DNA of 64,000 nt from Armatimonadota bacterium. GTDB taxonomy: Bacteria > Armatimonadota > HRBIN16. The notes beneath the pieces were generated by a model. That model did no database searches. It saw only the letters and a program-made list of their open reading frames with translations, and was not told the origin of the DNA. The stretch spans positions 4,320,001-4,384,000 of the forward strand of contig OY781964.1 of assembly GCA_963677485.1 (NCBI GenBank). Reading direction: 5' to 3'. Both the position numbers and the translations under genes were made by a program. Below, piece by piece: positions 28,257 through 37,865 of this stretch. Position 1 is the first letter of the stretch. Every line of letters starts with the position of its first letter.

Positions 28257-29441
28257 ATGCATCACTACCCAATCACCGAAACCGAGGCTGTACAGGTAAG
28301 TGGGGTTGCTGACCTGCTTCACCGTGAAGATATAAAGCCGGACCGACGTGCTTTGTGGCTTAGGGGCAAATATGAGCCTGAGCTTTGTCAGGCCGCTTTG
28401 GAACTGCTTCAGGCTCGTGAGAAGGCTGCTGGTCGATATCAGCACGCAGATCGCATGTATTTCACGAAACATTCTCTAGAACAGGCCACTGATGCAAATA
28501 TAGCTGACTACCATGCCTCGTTGTTTCCCAACGATGCCGTGGTGCTTGATGCAGGTTGCGGTTCAGGCATAGATAGTATAGGCTTTGCCAAGCACGGTAG
28601 TCGTGTTGTGAGTGTGGATATTGACCCCGTTCACTGTATATATACGAGGCTGAACAGCCAGTTATGCGATGTGGCCGACAGGCTGACTGTAGTCCATGCC
28701 GATTTGATGCAGTGGCCTGTCAACCGAGCCAAATGGCTGTTTGCCGACCCCATGCGGCGCAGCGAGCAAGGGCGGCTGCTGCTGCCGGAGCAGTGGAAGC
28801 CACCGCTGTCATTCTATCTTGAGTCAGGAGCATCTAGTGGAGTTATCAAAGCTTCGCCTATGCTCAAGCCGGACCGGACTCTGCTGAACGGTCGGCAGAT
28901 CAGTTATCTTGAGAGTAGCAGTGAGTGTAAAGAGGCTATGATCAGTTGGGGGAGTTGCTCATGCCATCCTGGCCAGGTTGTGGCTGTTCATGTCGGCTCT
29001 GGATCCGAGATTCTCTCCACCCAGCCACAGTGCGACGATGTCAAACCAATCGGTCGGTACCTGTATGACCCATCGGCATCGGTGTTGGCTGCCGACCTGC
29101 TTCCGCAACTGTCTGACCAGATTCAAGCCTGGAGGCTTTCACCATATTGTGGTTACCTCAGCGGTGACAAGCTCATAGCCAGCCCATTCGCGCGGGCGTA
29201 TGAAGTCGTCCGGGTTTTCAAATACCGAAAATCCACCATGAAAAGCTACTTGTCCGACAGATCCATCAGCCAGGTGATCATCAAGAAAAGGGGACTGCCG
29301 GCCGATTGGGGGCATGAGTGGGTGAGGCCTGATCAGGGTGGGGGAGAGATCGGTTTGTTTGCAGCATTCCCAGTGCAAAACAGGCTTGATGTATGGGTTG
29401 CTCATTTATCAAATGAGCCAGTTGGAGCAGCCATCGGCTGA
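28257..29441 (+). CDS. Class I SAM-dependent methyltransferase with C-terminal THUMP-like domain
   Basis: LEQAT, VLDAGCGSGIDS, FADPMRR, IKASP, ECKEA, YLYDP and IKKRG. Confidence 0.82.
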   Translation: MHHYPITETEAVQVSGVADLLHREDIKPDRRALWLRGKYEPELCQAALELLQAREKAAGRYQHADRMYFTKHSLEQATDANIADYHASLFPNDAVVLDAGCGSGIDSIGFAKHGSRVVSVDIDPVHCIYTRLNSQLCDVADRLTVVHADLMQWPVNRAKWLFADPMRRSEQGRLLLPEQWKPPLSFYLESGASSGVIKASPMLKPDRTLLNGRQISYLESSSECKEAMISWGSCSCHPGQVVAVHVGSGSEILSTQPQCDDVKPIGRYLYDPSASVLAADLLPQLSDQIQAWRLSPYCGYLSGDKLIASPFARAYEVVRVFKYRKSTMKSYLSDRSISQVIIKKRGLPADWGHEWVRPDQGGGEIGLFAAFPVQNRLDVWVAHLSNEPVGAAIG

Positions 29442-29601
29442 TTGAGACATCGTGTAAAGCGCGCTTAGAAAGTGTGACGCCGGCGCCTCATTACCCACAG
29501 AATGCATTAGTGAGCCGTAACCAAAATTGCGACGATATGCTGGAATCAGGTATCATGAGGTAGGCGCAACCGCTACAAATCAAGCAGAGGTTAACGAGCT
29601 T

Positions 29602-30060
29602 ATGCTCAACTCATATATCCCCGTGTTGCTCATGCTAGTGCTGTCGCTATTACTCGCGATTGTGCTTGTTGTGTTCTCTTTTCTCTTCGGCCCCAAACGC
29701 GGTAACAGTTTAAAATCGGAACCCTATGAATGCGGAGTGACCCCGGTAGGATCAGCACGCGAGAGATTTCCTGTACACTTTTTTCTGATTGCTATGTTGT
29801 TCATCGTATTTGATGTTGAAACTATTTTCCTATACCCCTGGGCAGTTGTCTACAGAAGCTGGGATAAAGCCGGTATGATGTTCAACCTGGTAGAAATGGC
29901 TGCGTTTGTGGCCATCTTGTTCGTGGGATATTTCTACATACTTAGCCGTGATGTGTTTGACTGGTCCAAAGCCAATAAAAAATATTCGCCCCGAGAAGTA
30001 AAGCTGAGTGAAACAGCGATCCCTCATTCTATAGCTCAGGGGGGCAAAACAGATGACTAG
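29602..30060 (+). CDS. nuoA: NADH-quinone oxidoreductase subunit A
   Basis: KSEPYECG, FFLIAMLFIVFDVETIFLYPWA; three TM helices. Confidence 0.95.
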   Translation: MLNSYIPVLLMLVLSLLLAIVLVVFSFLFGPKRGNSLKSEPYECGVTPVGSARERFPVHFFLIAMLFIVFDVETIFLYPWAVVYRSWDKAGMMFNLVEMAAFVAILFVGYFYILSRDVFDWSKANKKYSPREVKLSETAIPHSIAQGGKTDD

Positions 30061-30646
30061 CATTTCTAAGGGTAGCAGTGAGTTCCAACAATCCCTCGTA
30101 GATGCAGTAGCGAAACGCTTTGGTAGTGCTGTGCTGAACACCAACCAGTTTCGAGGCGACCAATGGCTGCTGATATCGGCTGCCTCTCTGCCCGACATCC
30201 TAACCTACCTGCGTGATACCACTGAATTTCAGATGAACTTCCTTTCGGATATAGTCGGTGTCGACATGCTGGGTAGAAGCCAGCCTCGTTTTGAGATCAT
30301 CTACAACCTGTACAGCATGTTCAACTTCAATAGAGTGTTTTTAAAAGTAGCCGTAGATGAAGGCCAGCCTATTCCTTCGGCAACCGCTGTTTTCCCCGGC
30401 GCCGATTTTCCTGAGCGCGAGATATATGATATGTTCGGAGTGAAGTTTACGGGCCACCCAGACCTCACCCGCATTCTCATGCCCGATGACTGGGTAGGCC
30501 ATCCTCTGCGGAAAGATTTCCCACTTGGTGGTGAAGAAATTGAATTTACCCAAGACACACATGGTCCTTCCACCTCTGAAGAACAGCAGCCATATCCCGG
30601 CAGTTCCTTTTTTGGCATTACCGGCTCATCGGAACGTGAAGAGTAA
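30053..30646 (+). CDS. nuoC: NADH-quinone oxidoreductase subunit C
   Basis: EREIYDMFGVKFTGHPDLTRILMPDDWVGHPLRKDFPL. Confidence 0.96.
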   Translation: MTSISKGSSEFQQSLVDAVAKRFGSAVLNTNQFRGDQWLLISAASLPDILTYLRDTTEFQMNFLSDIVGVDMLGRSQPRFEIIYNLYSMFNFNRVFLKVAVDEGQPIPSATAVFPGADFPEREIYDMFGVKFTGHPDLTRILMPDDWVGHPLRKDFPLGGEEIEFTQDTHGPSTSEEQQPYPGSSFFGITGSSEREE

Positions 30647-31893
30647 TGGCAGATGAGATCATGAACAACAACCAACAGCCAACCGCCAACCTGACCGGCG
30701 ATTTGAGCCGAATGTTCGAGCACGCTGACGACGGCTCGATGATCATCAACATGGGGCCACAGCATCCGTCTACCCACGGTGTTCTGCGCATCGTGCTTGA
30801 GCTCGAAGGCGAATTGATCAGCAAAGCCCGCCCGATCATCGGATATCTGCACACAGGTATTGAAAAGAGCTGCGAGTATCAGCCCTATAAAGGCGTCATC
30901 CCGCTTGTGGAACGCATGGACTACCTGAGTGCCTTCAACAACTCGTTAGCATATGTGCTGAGCGTGGAAAAGCTGATGGATGTTGAGATTCCTGAGCGTG
31001 CGGCCTGGTTGCGGATGATTTTCAGCGAACTGCAGCGCATCGCAAGCCACCTGGTGTGGTTGGGCACGCACTGCCTTGATCTGGGAGCCATGACGGTGTT
31101 CTTCTGGTGTTTCGCACAACGCGAAACCGTCCTGAGCATATTTGAAGAGTTCTCAGGTGTACGGATGTTCCCCGCTTGGCAGCAAGTCGGCGGCTGGAGG
31201 CAAGACGTGCCTGCTGGTCTGCTGGACAAAGTGCGCGCATTCGCCGCTCAGTTCCCGAAAGAGCTTGATGACTACGAGGGCATTCTGACCAAGAATCCCA
31301 TCATCATGGAGCGCATGCAGGGCGTAGGCAGCATTAGTGCCGATACACTGATCAGCCTGGGTATCAACGGCCCGATGTTAAGGGGCAGCGGTGTGGCTCA
31401 TGATGTGCGTAAGGCGAACCCTTATCTCTTCTATGATCGGGTTTCATTTGACATCCCTACTGGATCGCAAGGCGATGTGTATGACAGGTATCAAGTGCGC
31501 GTCATGGAGATGAGACAATCCACGCGGATCATCGACCAGTGTCTTGATGTGATTCCTGAGGGGCCTGTGTCCATTGACGACCGCAAGATGGTACCGCCGC
31601 CTCGTCCTGAACTTGATACCAGTATGGAAAGTGTCATCCACCACTTCAAGTTGTGGACAGAAGGTTATCGGCCGCCTGTTGGTGAGGCCTATGTGCCCGT
31701 TGAAGGCCCAAAGGGTGAGATTGGCTACTATGTGGTCAGCGATGGCTCTTCCAGGCCCTGGCGAGTGAAGACCCGTCCGCCGAGTTTTATGAACCTGCAA
31801 TCACTGGCACCGATGTTGCGCGGTCACCTTGTGGCCGACGCCGTGGCGATTATTGGAAGTATCGACATCGTCCTTGGCGAGATCGATAGATAG
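30646..31893 (+). CDS. nuoD: NADH-quinone oxidoreductase subunit D
   Basis: NMGPQHPSTHGVLR, GYLHTGIEK, ERMDY and DIVLGEIDR. Confidence 0.97.
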   Translation: MADEIMNNNQQPTANLTGDLSRMFEHADDGSMIINMGPQHPSTHGVLRIVLELEGELISKARPIIGYLHTGIEKSCEYQPYKGVIPLVERMDYLSAFNNSLAYVLSVEKLMDVEIPERAAWLRMIFSELQRIASHLVWLGTHCLDLGAMTVFFWCFAQRETVLSIFEEFSGVRMFPAWQQVGGWRQDVPAGLLDKVRAFAAQFPKELDDYEGILTKNPIIMERMQGVGSISADTLISLGINGPMLRGSGVAHDVRKANPYLFYDRVSFDIPTGSQGDVYDRYQVRVMEMRQSTRIIDQCLDVIPEGPVSIDDRKMVPPPRPELDTSMESVIHHFKLWTEGYRPPVGEAYVPVEGPKGEIGYYVVSDGSSRPWRVKTRPPSFMNLQSLAPMLRGHLVADAVAIIGSIDIVLGEIDR

Positions 31894-31913
31894 AAAGGAG
31901 CCACAACACACCG

Positions 31914-32519
31914 ATGAATATACAAATTAACCCACCTGCTGACTGGGATAAAAATATCAAACTGCAGTTTTCTGAGCTGGCTGTGAAGCAGCTTCAGAAG
32001 CTGGAGTCGCACTATCCAACGCGAAAGTCACTGATCATCCCTGCATTATGGATTGCTCAGCGGGAATATGGCGGCTGTCTGAATGAGCAGGCCATCCGTG
32101 AGGTGGCTTACCGTGTTGGTGTTCCCGAAATGGAAGTGGATGGCGTGGCCAGCTTCTATACGATGTTCAACAATAAACCCGTGGGACGGATATTAATCGA
32201 GGTCTGCACAAACCTCACCTGTTCCCTCTGCGGAGGGCTTGAGGTTCTAGCGCATGTTGAAAAGCGGCTGGGAATTAAGGCTGGGGAGACCACACCAGAT
32301 GGCACTTACACCTTGATGGCGGTAGAGTGCGTGAATGACTGCGGTCATGCTCCGGTCATTCAAGTGGGCAACAAGTATTTTGGGGATATGACTCCGGAAA
32401 AGATTGACGTCATGTTAGATATGGTCGCTGCCAGTGGAGACCAATCGGTGGTCACAATGGCTGATACCGTAGTAGCTTGTTTACTGACTGAGAAAGACCA
32501 GCAGGAGATCGGAGCTTAG
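31914..32519 (+). CDS. nuoE: NADH-quinone oxidoreductase subunit E
   Basis: VASFYTMF, CTNLTC and VECVNDCGHAP 2Fe-2S ligands. Confidence 0.93.
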   Translation: MNIQINPPADWDKNIKLQFSELAVKQLQKLESHYPTRKSLIIPALWIAQREYGGCLNEQAIREVAYRVGVPEMEVDGVASFYTMFNNKPVGRILIEVCTNLTCSLCGGLEVLAHVEKRLGIKAGETTPDGTYTLMAVECVNDCGHAPVIQVGNKYFGDMTPEKIDVMLDMVAASGDQSVVTMADTVVACLLTEKDQQEIGA

Positions 32520-32520
32520 T

Positions 32521-33804
32521 ATGGCAGAAATTCACGTACTGAGTAGTTACCTTGATTCTCCCGGCCTGGAGAAGATAGACGCGTATACCGATCACGGCGG
32601 ATATAAAGCACTTAAGAAAGTGCTGGGTATGGAACGCCAGGCCGTCATTGACGAGGTGAAAGCCTCGGGCTTGCGGGGACGTGGCGGTGCCGGATTTCCC
32701 ACATGGATTAAGTGGAACGGTATACCGAAGAACACTGATCAGCCTCACTATATTCTGGCAAACGGCGATGAAGGGGAACCAGGAACCTTTAAAGACCGCG
32801 AGCTGATGATTCGAAACCCTCACCAGTTGGTAGAGGGTATGATCATCGCAGGATATTGCACACTGAGTGCCTCCGGGTATGTCTATATCCGTGGCGAGTA
32901 TACCGAACCGGCATCTGCTGTTCGCAAAGCTATCGATGAAGCCTACGCAGCCGGATATCTAGGATCCAACATCCTGGGTTCAGGATTTAGTTTTAATCTT
33001 TATGTTCATATGGGTGCCGGCTCTTACGAATGCGGTGAAGAGAGTGCGTTAATGAGTTCGCTTATGGGTGAACGTGGTGAACCGCGGTTGAAATTCCCGC
33101 ACGCGCCTCTGCCCACAATCAGCGGTGCCTGGAACTGCCCTTCGGTGATCAACAATGTGGAAACATATATGGCTGTCCCGCCGATCATTGCTCAGGGCGG
33201 AGCCTGGTATGCCAGCATGGGCACCGAAAAGAGCTGCGGAACAAAGATGATGAGTGTCTCCGGCCATGTGAATAAGCCGGGGAACTACGAGATTGAACTG
33301 GGCACGCCCATCAATGAGTTGCTTGAGCTTGCCGGCGGCGTGAAAGGCACACTTAAGGCCATCATACCTGGTGGTTCGTCCGTGCCGATTCTTCCTGCGG
33401 CGAAGTGCCAGTTCACTGTCGATTACGAAGGTATTCAAGCGGTTGGTTCTATGCTGGGATCCGGTGCCTGCATGGTGCTGAACGATACTGTCTGCATCGT
33501 GCGGTTTATGCAGCGTACCGCATCATTCTATGCACACGAATCCTGCGGGAAATGCACGCCATGCCGTGAAGGCACTAAGTGGATGTCCAAGATCCTGGAC
33601 CGGATCGTGGCCGGCAACGGCTGCGAGGATGACATTCAGACCCTGCTTGATGTCTGTGATCAAATTGATGGCCGTTCGTACTGTGCACTTGGTGACGCGG
33701 CTGCTTGGCCAATTAGGGCCGGCATACTGAATTACCGAGAAGAGTTCGAATATTACATCAAAAACGGGCGTTCTATGGTAGAGAACGCATGCAACAGGGC
33801 TTAA
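32521..33804 (+). CDS. nuoF: NADH-quinone oxidoreductase subunit F
   Basis: SGLRGRGGAGFP, DEGEPGTFKDR, GAGSYECGEE and HESCGKCTPCREG. Confidence 0.97.
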   Translation: MAEIHVLSSYLDSPGLEKIDAYTDHGGYKALKKVLGMERQAVIDEVKASGLRGRGGAGFPTWIKWNGIPKNTDQPHYILANGDEGEPGTFKDRELMIRNPHQLVEGMIIAGYCTLSASGYVYIRGEYTEPASAVRKAIDEAYAAGYLGSNILGSGFSFNLYVHMGAGSYECGEESALMSSLMGERGEPRLKFPHAPLPTISGAWNCPSVINNVETYMAVPPIIAQGGAWYASMGTEKSCGTKMMSVSGHVNKPGNYEIELGTPINELLELAGGVKGTLKAIIPGGSSVPILPAAKCQFTVDYEGIQAVGSMLGSGACMVLNDTVCIVRFMQRTASFYAHESCGKCTPCREGTKWMSKILDRIVAGNGCEDDIQTLLDVCDQIDGRSYCALGDAAAWPIRAGILNYREEFEYYIKNGRSMVENACNRA

Positions 33805-33828
33805 ACCCCAACCACCCGAGGTAAACTC

Positions 33829-35928
33829 ATGGCCGATGTGCCTTTAGTAAATATAGAGATCAACGGGATAGCGATCCAGGTTCCAAAAGGTGAGATGATT
33901 ATTGAATCCGCCCGACGGCTTGGTATTGAGATTCCCTACTTTTGTTACCACAAGCTGCTGGGCAGTGAACAGGCGGCGAACTGCCGTATGTGTCTGGTCG
34001 AAATCGGATCAAAAATGGCCGATGGCAGCGTGCGTATGATGCCGAAACCGCAAACAAGCTGTACGATGGCTGCGGCCGAAGGCATGGTTGTGTTGACGGA
34101 CACCGAAAAGGTGGAAAAGGCCCGTCGAGGCGTCATCGAGTTCTTATTGATCAACCATCCACTCGACTGCCCGATCTGCGACCGTGGCGGCGAATGCCCT
34201 CTGCAGAATAACACCCTTCATTTCGGAACCGACCGCAGCCGGTATTTAGAACAGAAGCGGCATCTGGCGAAAGCGATGCCGATCAGCGATTATGTGACTC
34301 TCGACCGCGAGCGTTGTATCCATTGCGCCCGCTGCACCCGCTTTACCGATGAAATATCGGGCGACGCCCAACTGGGCTTCATGAAACGCGGCAGTCATAA
34401 ATATATCACCACGATGCGGGATACCACCTTCACCTCTCGGTTCAGCGGCAATGTCGTTGAACTCTGCCCAGTCGGTGCGCTGACCAGCCGTGTTTCACGG
34501 TTCCGCTCACGCCCCTGGGATATGCAGTCGCAGAAGAGCGTATGCATGAAGTGCAGCAACGGCTGTAGCATCTGGCTGGATTACCGCCCGGGCCGCTTGA
34601 TGCGTGTGCTGGGCCGTGAGAACGTGCAGGTGAATGATGAGTGGACATGCGATAAGGGCAAGTTTGGCTACGAGGACCTGGCGAATGAGCGTCGTTTGAA
34701 GAATCCGCTGATCCGCGAAAATGGCAAATTCGTTGAGGTGAGCTGGTCTAAGGCTTATGAGACCATCGCCAAAGGGCTAAAAGCGGTCATCGACTCCGAT
34801 TCGGCAAAGGCGGTTGGTGTGATTGCAGGTTCGTCGATCACCAATGAAGGCGCTTATATACTTCGGAAGTTCGCCCAGGATGTGGTGGGCACGCCCAATA
34901 TTGGCTCTAAGATGACCCTTGGACAGTTCACATACGCTGGAAAGCCTGGCGGTGATGATGCCTCGGTGTGGATGGACCTCACCATAGCTGAGATAGAACA
35001 GGCCAAAAAGATCATTGTGATTGGCAGTGACCTGATCGATGAACAGCCCATCGTGTTCCTAAGGGTGCGGAAAGCGGCGACGAAGTTTGGTGCTAGTGTG
35101 GTATTCATCAACGAGCAGCGCACCGAGAGCAGCCAGCGCATTCATGGATGTGACGAAGTAACCGTGGGCGAGGGTGGCATCCCCGAACTGCTGACTACCC
35201 TGAAGTCACAGTTTACCTCCGCCAATGGGGCACCTGAGGTCGCGAAGATCGCAGAAATGTTCCGAAGCGAGAACACCGTCATCCTGTGTGGCTCGAAGGT
35301 TGTCGATAGTGCTTCATATCCTGAGTTGGCTGAGGCGGTGAAGACCATCGCCGAACACAACGGTGCGAAAGTCGGCATGATGCTGCCGGAATCCAATAGT
35401 TACGCAATGGGGATTCTAGGCATCACTCCCGGTGAGGGAGCCATGGGCACGGAGCAGATGCTGCACTCGGCAGCGGCTGGGAACTTGAAAGCGCTTATTG
35501 TAGATAGCTGTGATCTGTTGAACCGCTACTCAGATAGGTCTTTGGTGGACTCTGCACTCAGCCAGGTATCACTGCTGGTGGTTCGAGATACCTCTCTGAC
35601 CGAAACAGCCGAGTATGCAGATGTGGTGCTTCCTGCCGCGCCGCTGCCTGAGTTGGAAGGCACGGTCACGAACATCGAAGGCCGCGTTCAGCAGATACGC
35701 AAAGCTTACGAAGCGATCGGCTTCGACACTCGGTCAGCCATGCAGTGCTATTCTGAGCTGTCAGTTTACCTTGGCAAATCATTGGCTGTGTTTACAGCCT
35801 CGGATGTGCTGGACGAAATCGCCCGTGTTGTTCCTGAATTCGAAGGAATTAGCTCAAAATCTATAGCTGGCGTTGGTCAACTACTTCATAAACCTAATGT
35901 AGACAAGGTGGCACCAGATGAGAATTAG
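33829..35928 (+). CDS. nuoG: NADH-quinone oxidoreductase subunit G
   Basis: IPYFCYH, NCRMCLV, NHPLDCPICDRGGECPLQ, RCIHCARCTRF, CPVGAL and the CMKCSNGC extra-cluster motif. Confidence 0.95.
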   Translation: MADVPLVNIEINGIAIQVPKGEMIIESARRLGIEIPYFCYHKLLGSEQAANCRMCLVEIGSKMADGSVRMMPKPQTSCTMAAAEGMVVLTDTEKVEKARRGVIEFLLINHPLDCPICDRGGECPLQNNTLHFGTDRSRYLEQKRHLAKAMPISDYVTLDRERCIHCARCTRFTDEISGDAQLGFMKRGSHKYITTMRDTTFTSRFSGNVVELCPVGALTSRVSRFRSRPWDMQSQKSVCMKCSNGCSIWLDYRPGRLMRVLGRENVQVNDEWTCDKGKFGYEDLANERRLKNPLIRENGKFVEVSWSKAYETIAKGLKAVIDSDSAKAVGVIAGSSITNEGAYILRKFAQDVVGTPNIGSKMTLGQFTYAGKPGGDDASVWMDLTIAEIEQAKKIIVIGSDLIDEQPIVFLRVRKAATKFGASVVFINEQRTESSQRIHGCDEVTVGEGGIPELLTTLKSQFTSANGAPEVAKIAEMFRSENTVILCGSKVVDSASYPELAEAVKTIAEHNGAKVGMMLPESNSYAMGILGITPGEGAMGTEQMLHSAAAGNLKALIVDSCDLLNRYSDRSLVDSALSQVSLLVVRDTSLTETAEYADVVLPAAPLPELEGTVTNIEGRVQQIRKAYEAIGFDTRSAMQCYSELSVYLGKSLAVFTASDVLDEIARVVPEFEGISSKSIAGVGQLLHKPNVDKVAPDEN

Positions 35929-35976
35929 GACCGCCTTTCACATGAATAAACTGAGGTCACGCGATTGTTAAACCAG

Positions 35977-37005
35977 ATGCTTAGCAATCCATGGATCGTA
36001 ATTCCGATACGGATACTGATCGTCTTCGGCTTCGTATTGGGTTTTGTGCCGTTTCTGGTGTGGATTGAAAGGCGTGTGTTAGCCTTATTCCAACTACGGA
36101 AAGGGCCGAACCGAGTCGGAGTGGCTGGTTCGATGCAGTCATTCGCTGACGGCATCAAACTGTTCTTTAAAGAAGACATCATCCCGTCCAAGGTAGATTA
36201 CTTAATCTACTATCTGGCACCGATCCTGTTCTTGACTACCTCTCTGGCGGCCACAGCGGTAATCCCCTGGGGTTATGATCGACGCCTTAGCCCAATCGCC
36301 TCTGACATAGCTGGTGCGGATGTCAATATCGGCATCTTGTTTTTGCTGGGCATGGCCTCGCTGACCACGTACGGTGTGATCTTTGCAGGATGGGCATCCA
36401 ACAACAAGTATTCCTTGTTGGGCGGACTCCGCGGTTCTGCACAGTCTATCTCCTATGAGCTTTCGATGGGGCTGACGATCGTGGCTGTGGTGTTGATGAG
36501 CGGATCGCTCTCTCTGCGAACCATCGTGGAAAACCAGGCTGGCTCGATGTTACACTGGCACTTCCTTCAGTTTTTCCCCTTAGGGTTGATCTCCATGGGG
36601 ATATATATGATCTCGATGCTGGCTGAGACCAACCGGGCACCGTTCGATCTACCGGAAGCTGAGACTGAGCTGATTGGCGGCTACCATACTGAATACACCT
36701 CGATGAAATTCGCGATGTATTTCATGGGTGAGTATGCCAACATGATCGTCATCTCTTCGATCATGGTCTGCCTGTTCTTTGGCGGCTGGTATCCACCGAT
36801 ACCTGCCCTGTCGTTCATTCCCGGCCCGATCTGGTTCACTGCGAAGCTGTTTGCATTCCTCTACCTGTTCATCTGGGTGCGAGCCACACTGCCTCGACTC
36901 AGATTTGACATGCTGATGCGTTTTGGCTGGATACGGCTATTGCCTATTGCCTTGGTGAACCTCTTCCTGGTGGCATCATGGTTACTGATCAGGTGGGGTA
37001 AATAA
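35977..37005 (+). CDS. nuoH: NADH-quinone oxidoreductase subunit H
   Basis: GPNRVG, ADGIKLFFKE, SNNKYSLLGGLR, AETNRAPFDLPEAE and RATLPRLRFD. Confidence 0.96.
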   Translation: MLSNPWIVIPIRILIVFGFVLGFVPFLVWIERRVLALFQLRKGPNRVGVAGSMQSFADGIKLFFKEDIIPSKVDYLIYYLAPILFLTTSLAATAVIPWGYDRRLSPIASDIAGADVNIGILFLLGMASLTTYGVIFAGWASNNKYSLLGGLRGSAQSISYELSMGLTIVAVVLMSGSLSLRTIVENQAGSMLHWHFLQFFPLGLISMGIYMISMLAETNRAPFDLPEAETELIGGYHTEYTSMKFAMYFMGEYANMIVISSIMVCLFFGGWYPPIPALSFIPGPIWFTAKLFAFLYLFIWVRATLPRLRFDMLMRFGWIRLLPIALVNLFLVASWLLIRWGK

Positions 37006-37006
37006 C

Positions 37007-37513
37007 ATGCAGATACTGCTTTTTTCTTTGATGGCTTTGGTGATTGTGGTGTGCTGCATCGGGGTGGTAGCCACAAAGAACCCGGTCCGTGCTGCCTTAA
37101 TGCTGGTGTCCAACTTCATTGCGCTGGCTGTGTTATATGTCATGCTGTTTGCCCAGTTTGTGGCTGCTGCTCAGGTGATCGTATATGCGGGTGCCATCAT
37201 GGTGCTGTTTGTGTTCACCATTATGCTGCTGAATCTATCAGGCGACACCCCATTGAGTTCGCCAGGCAGCCTGCGCACACCATTCGTGGTGGGGCTTGGC
37301 TCGATGATGTTCGTGGTGATCACACTTGGTGTATTCAGGTATTTTAGTAACGCAGCGTCGGTCAGCCAGGACACCACAAATAATGTAGGCACTGTCGAGA
37401 CGGTGGGTAAGTTCCTCTTCACGAAATGGGTCTATCCATTTGAACTCACCTCCATATTGCTACTGGTGGCTGTCATAGGTGCCGTAGTAATGGCCAAAAG
37501 GAGGATCGACTAG
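37007..37513 (+). CDS. nuoJ: NADH-quinone oxidoreductase subunit J
   Basis: [20 protein letters not shown] and [16 protein letters not shown]. Confidence 0.95.
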   Translation: MQILLFSLMALVIVVCCIGVVATKNPVRAALMLVSNFIALAVLYVMLFAQFVAAAQVIVYAGAIMVLFVFTIMLLNLSGDTPLSSPGSLRTPFVVGLGSMMFVVITLGVFRYFSNAASVSQDTTNNVGTVETVGKFLFTKWVYPFELTSILLLVAVIGAVVMAKRRID

Positions 37514-37854
37514 TGAATCTCCAGCAAATACTCGCCATGCCGGTGCCAATCTGGGCTTATCTTTCACTGAGTGCATTCATGTTCACCATGGGTGTGATCG
37601 GTGTGGTTGTGAAGCGCAACCCCATCGTCATCTTCATGTGTATTGAACTGATGCTGAATGCGGCGAACCTGGCGTTCCTGGCTTTTGCCCGATTACACGC
37701 CGACTTCGCTACACAGGTCTCAGGACAGATGTTCGTGATCTTCGTGATGGCGGTTGCGGCGGCTGAAGTGGCGGTGGGCTTAGGCATCATCGTGGCTGTG
37801 TACCGGCTACGCCATACCATTGATATCGACGAGATGAATCTACTGAAATTCTAG
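37513..37854 (+). CDS. nuoK: NADH-quinone oxidoreductase subunit K
   Basis: [12 protein letters not shown] and [10 protein letters not shown]. Confidence 0.95.
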   Translation: MNLQQILAMPVPIWAYLSLSAFMFTMGVIGVVVKRNPIVIFMCIELMLNAANLAFLAFARLHADFATQVSGQMFVIFVMAVAAAEVAVGLGIIVAVYRLRHTIDIDEMNLLKF

Positions 37855-37865
37855 GAGCCCACAAG

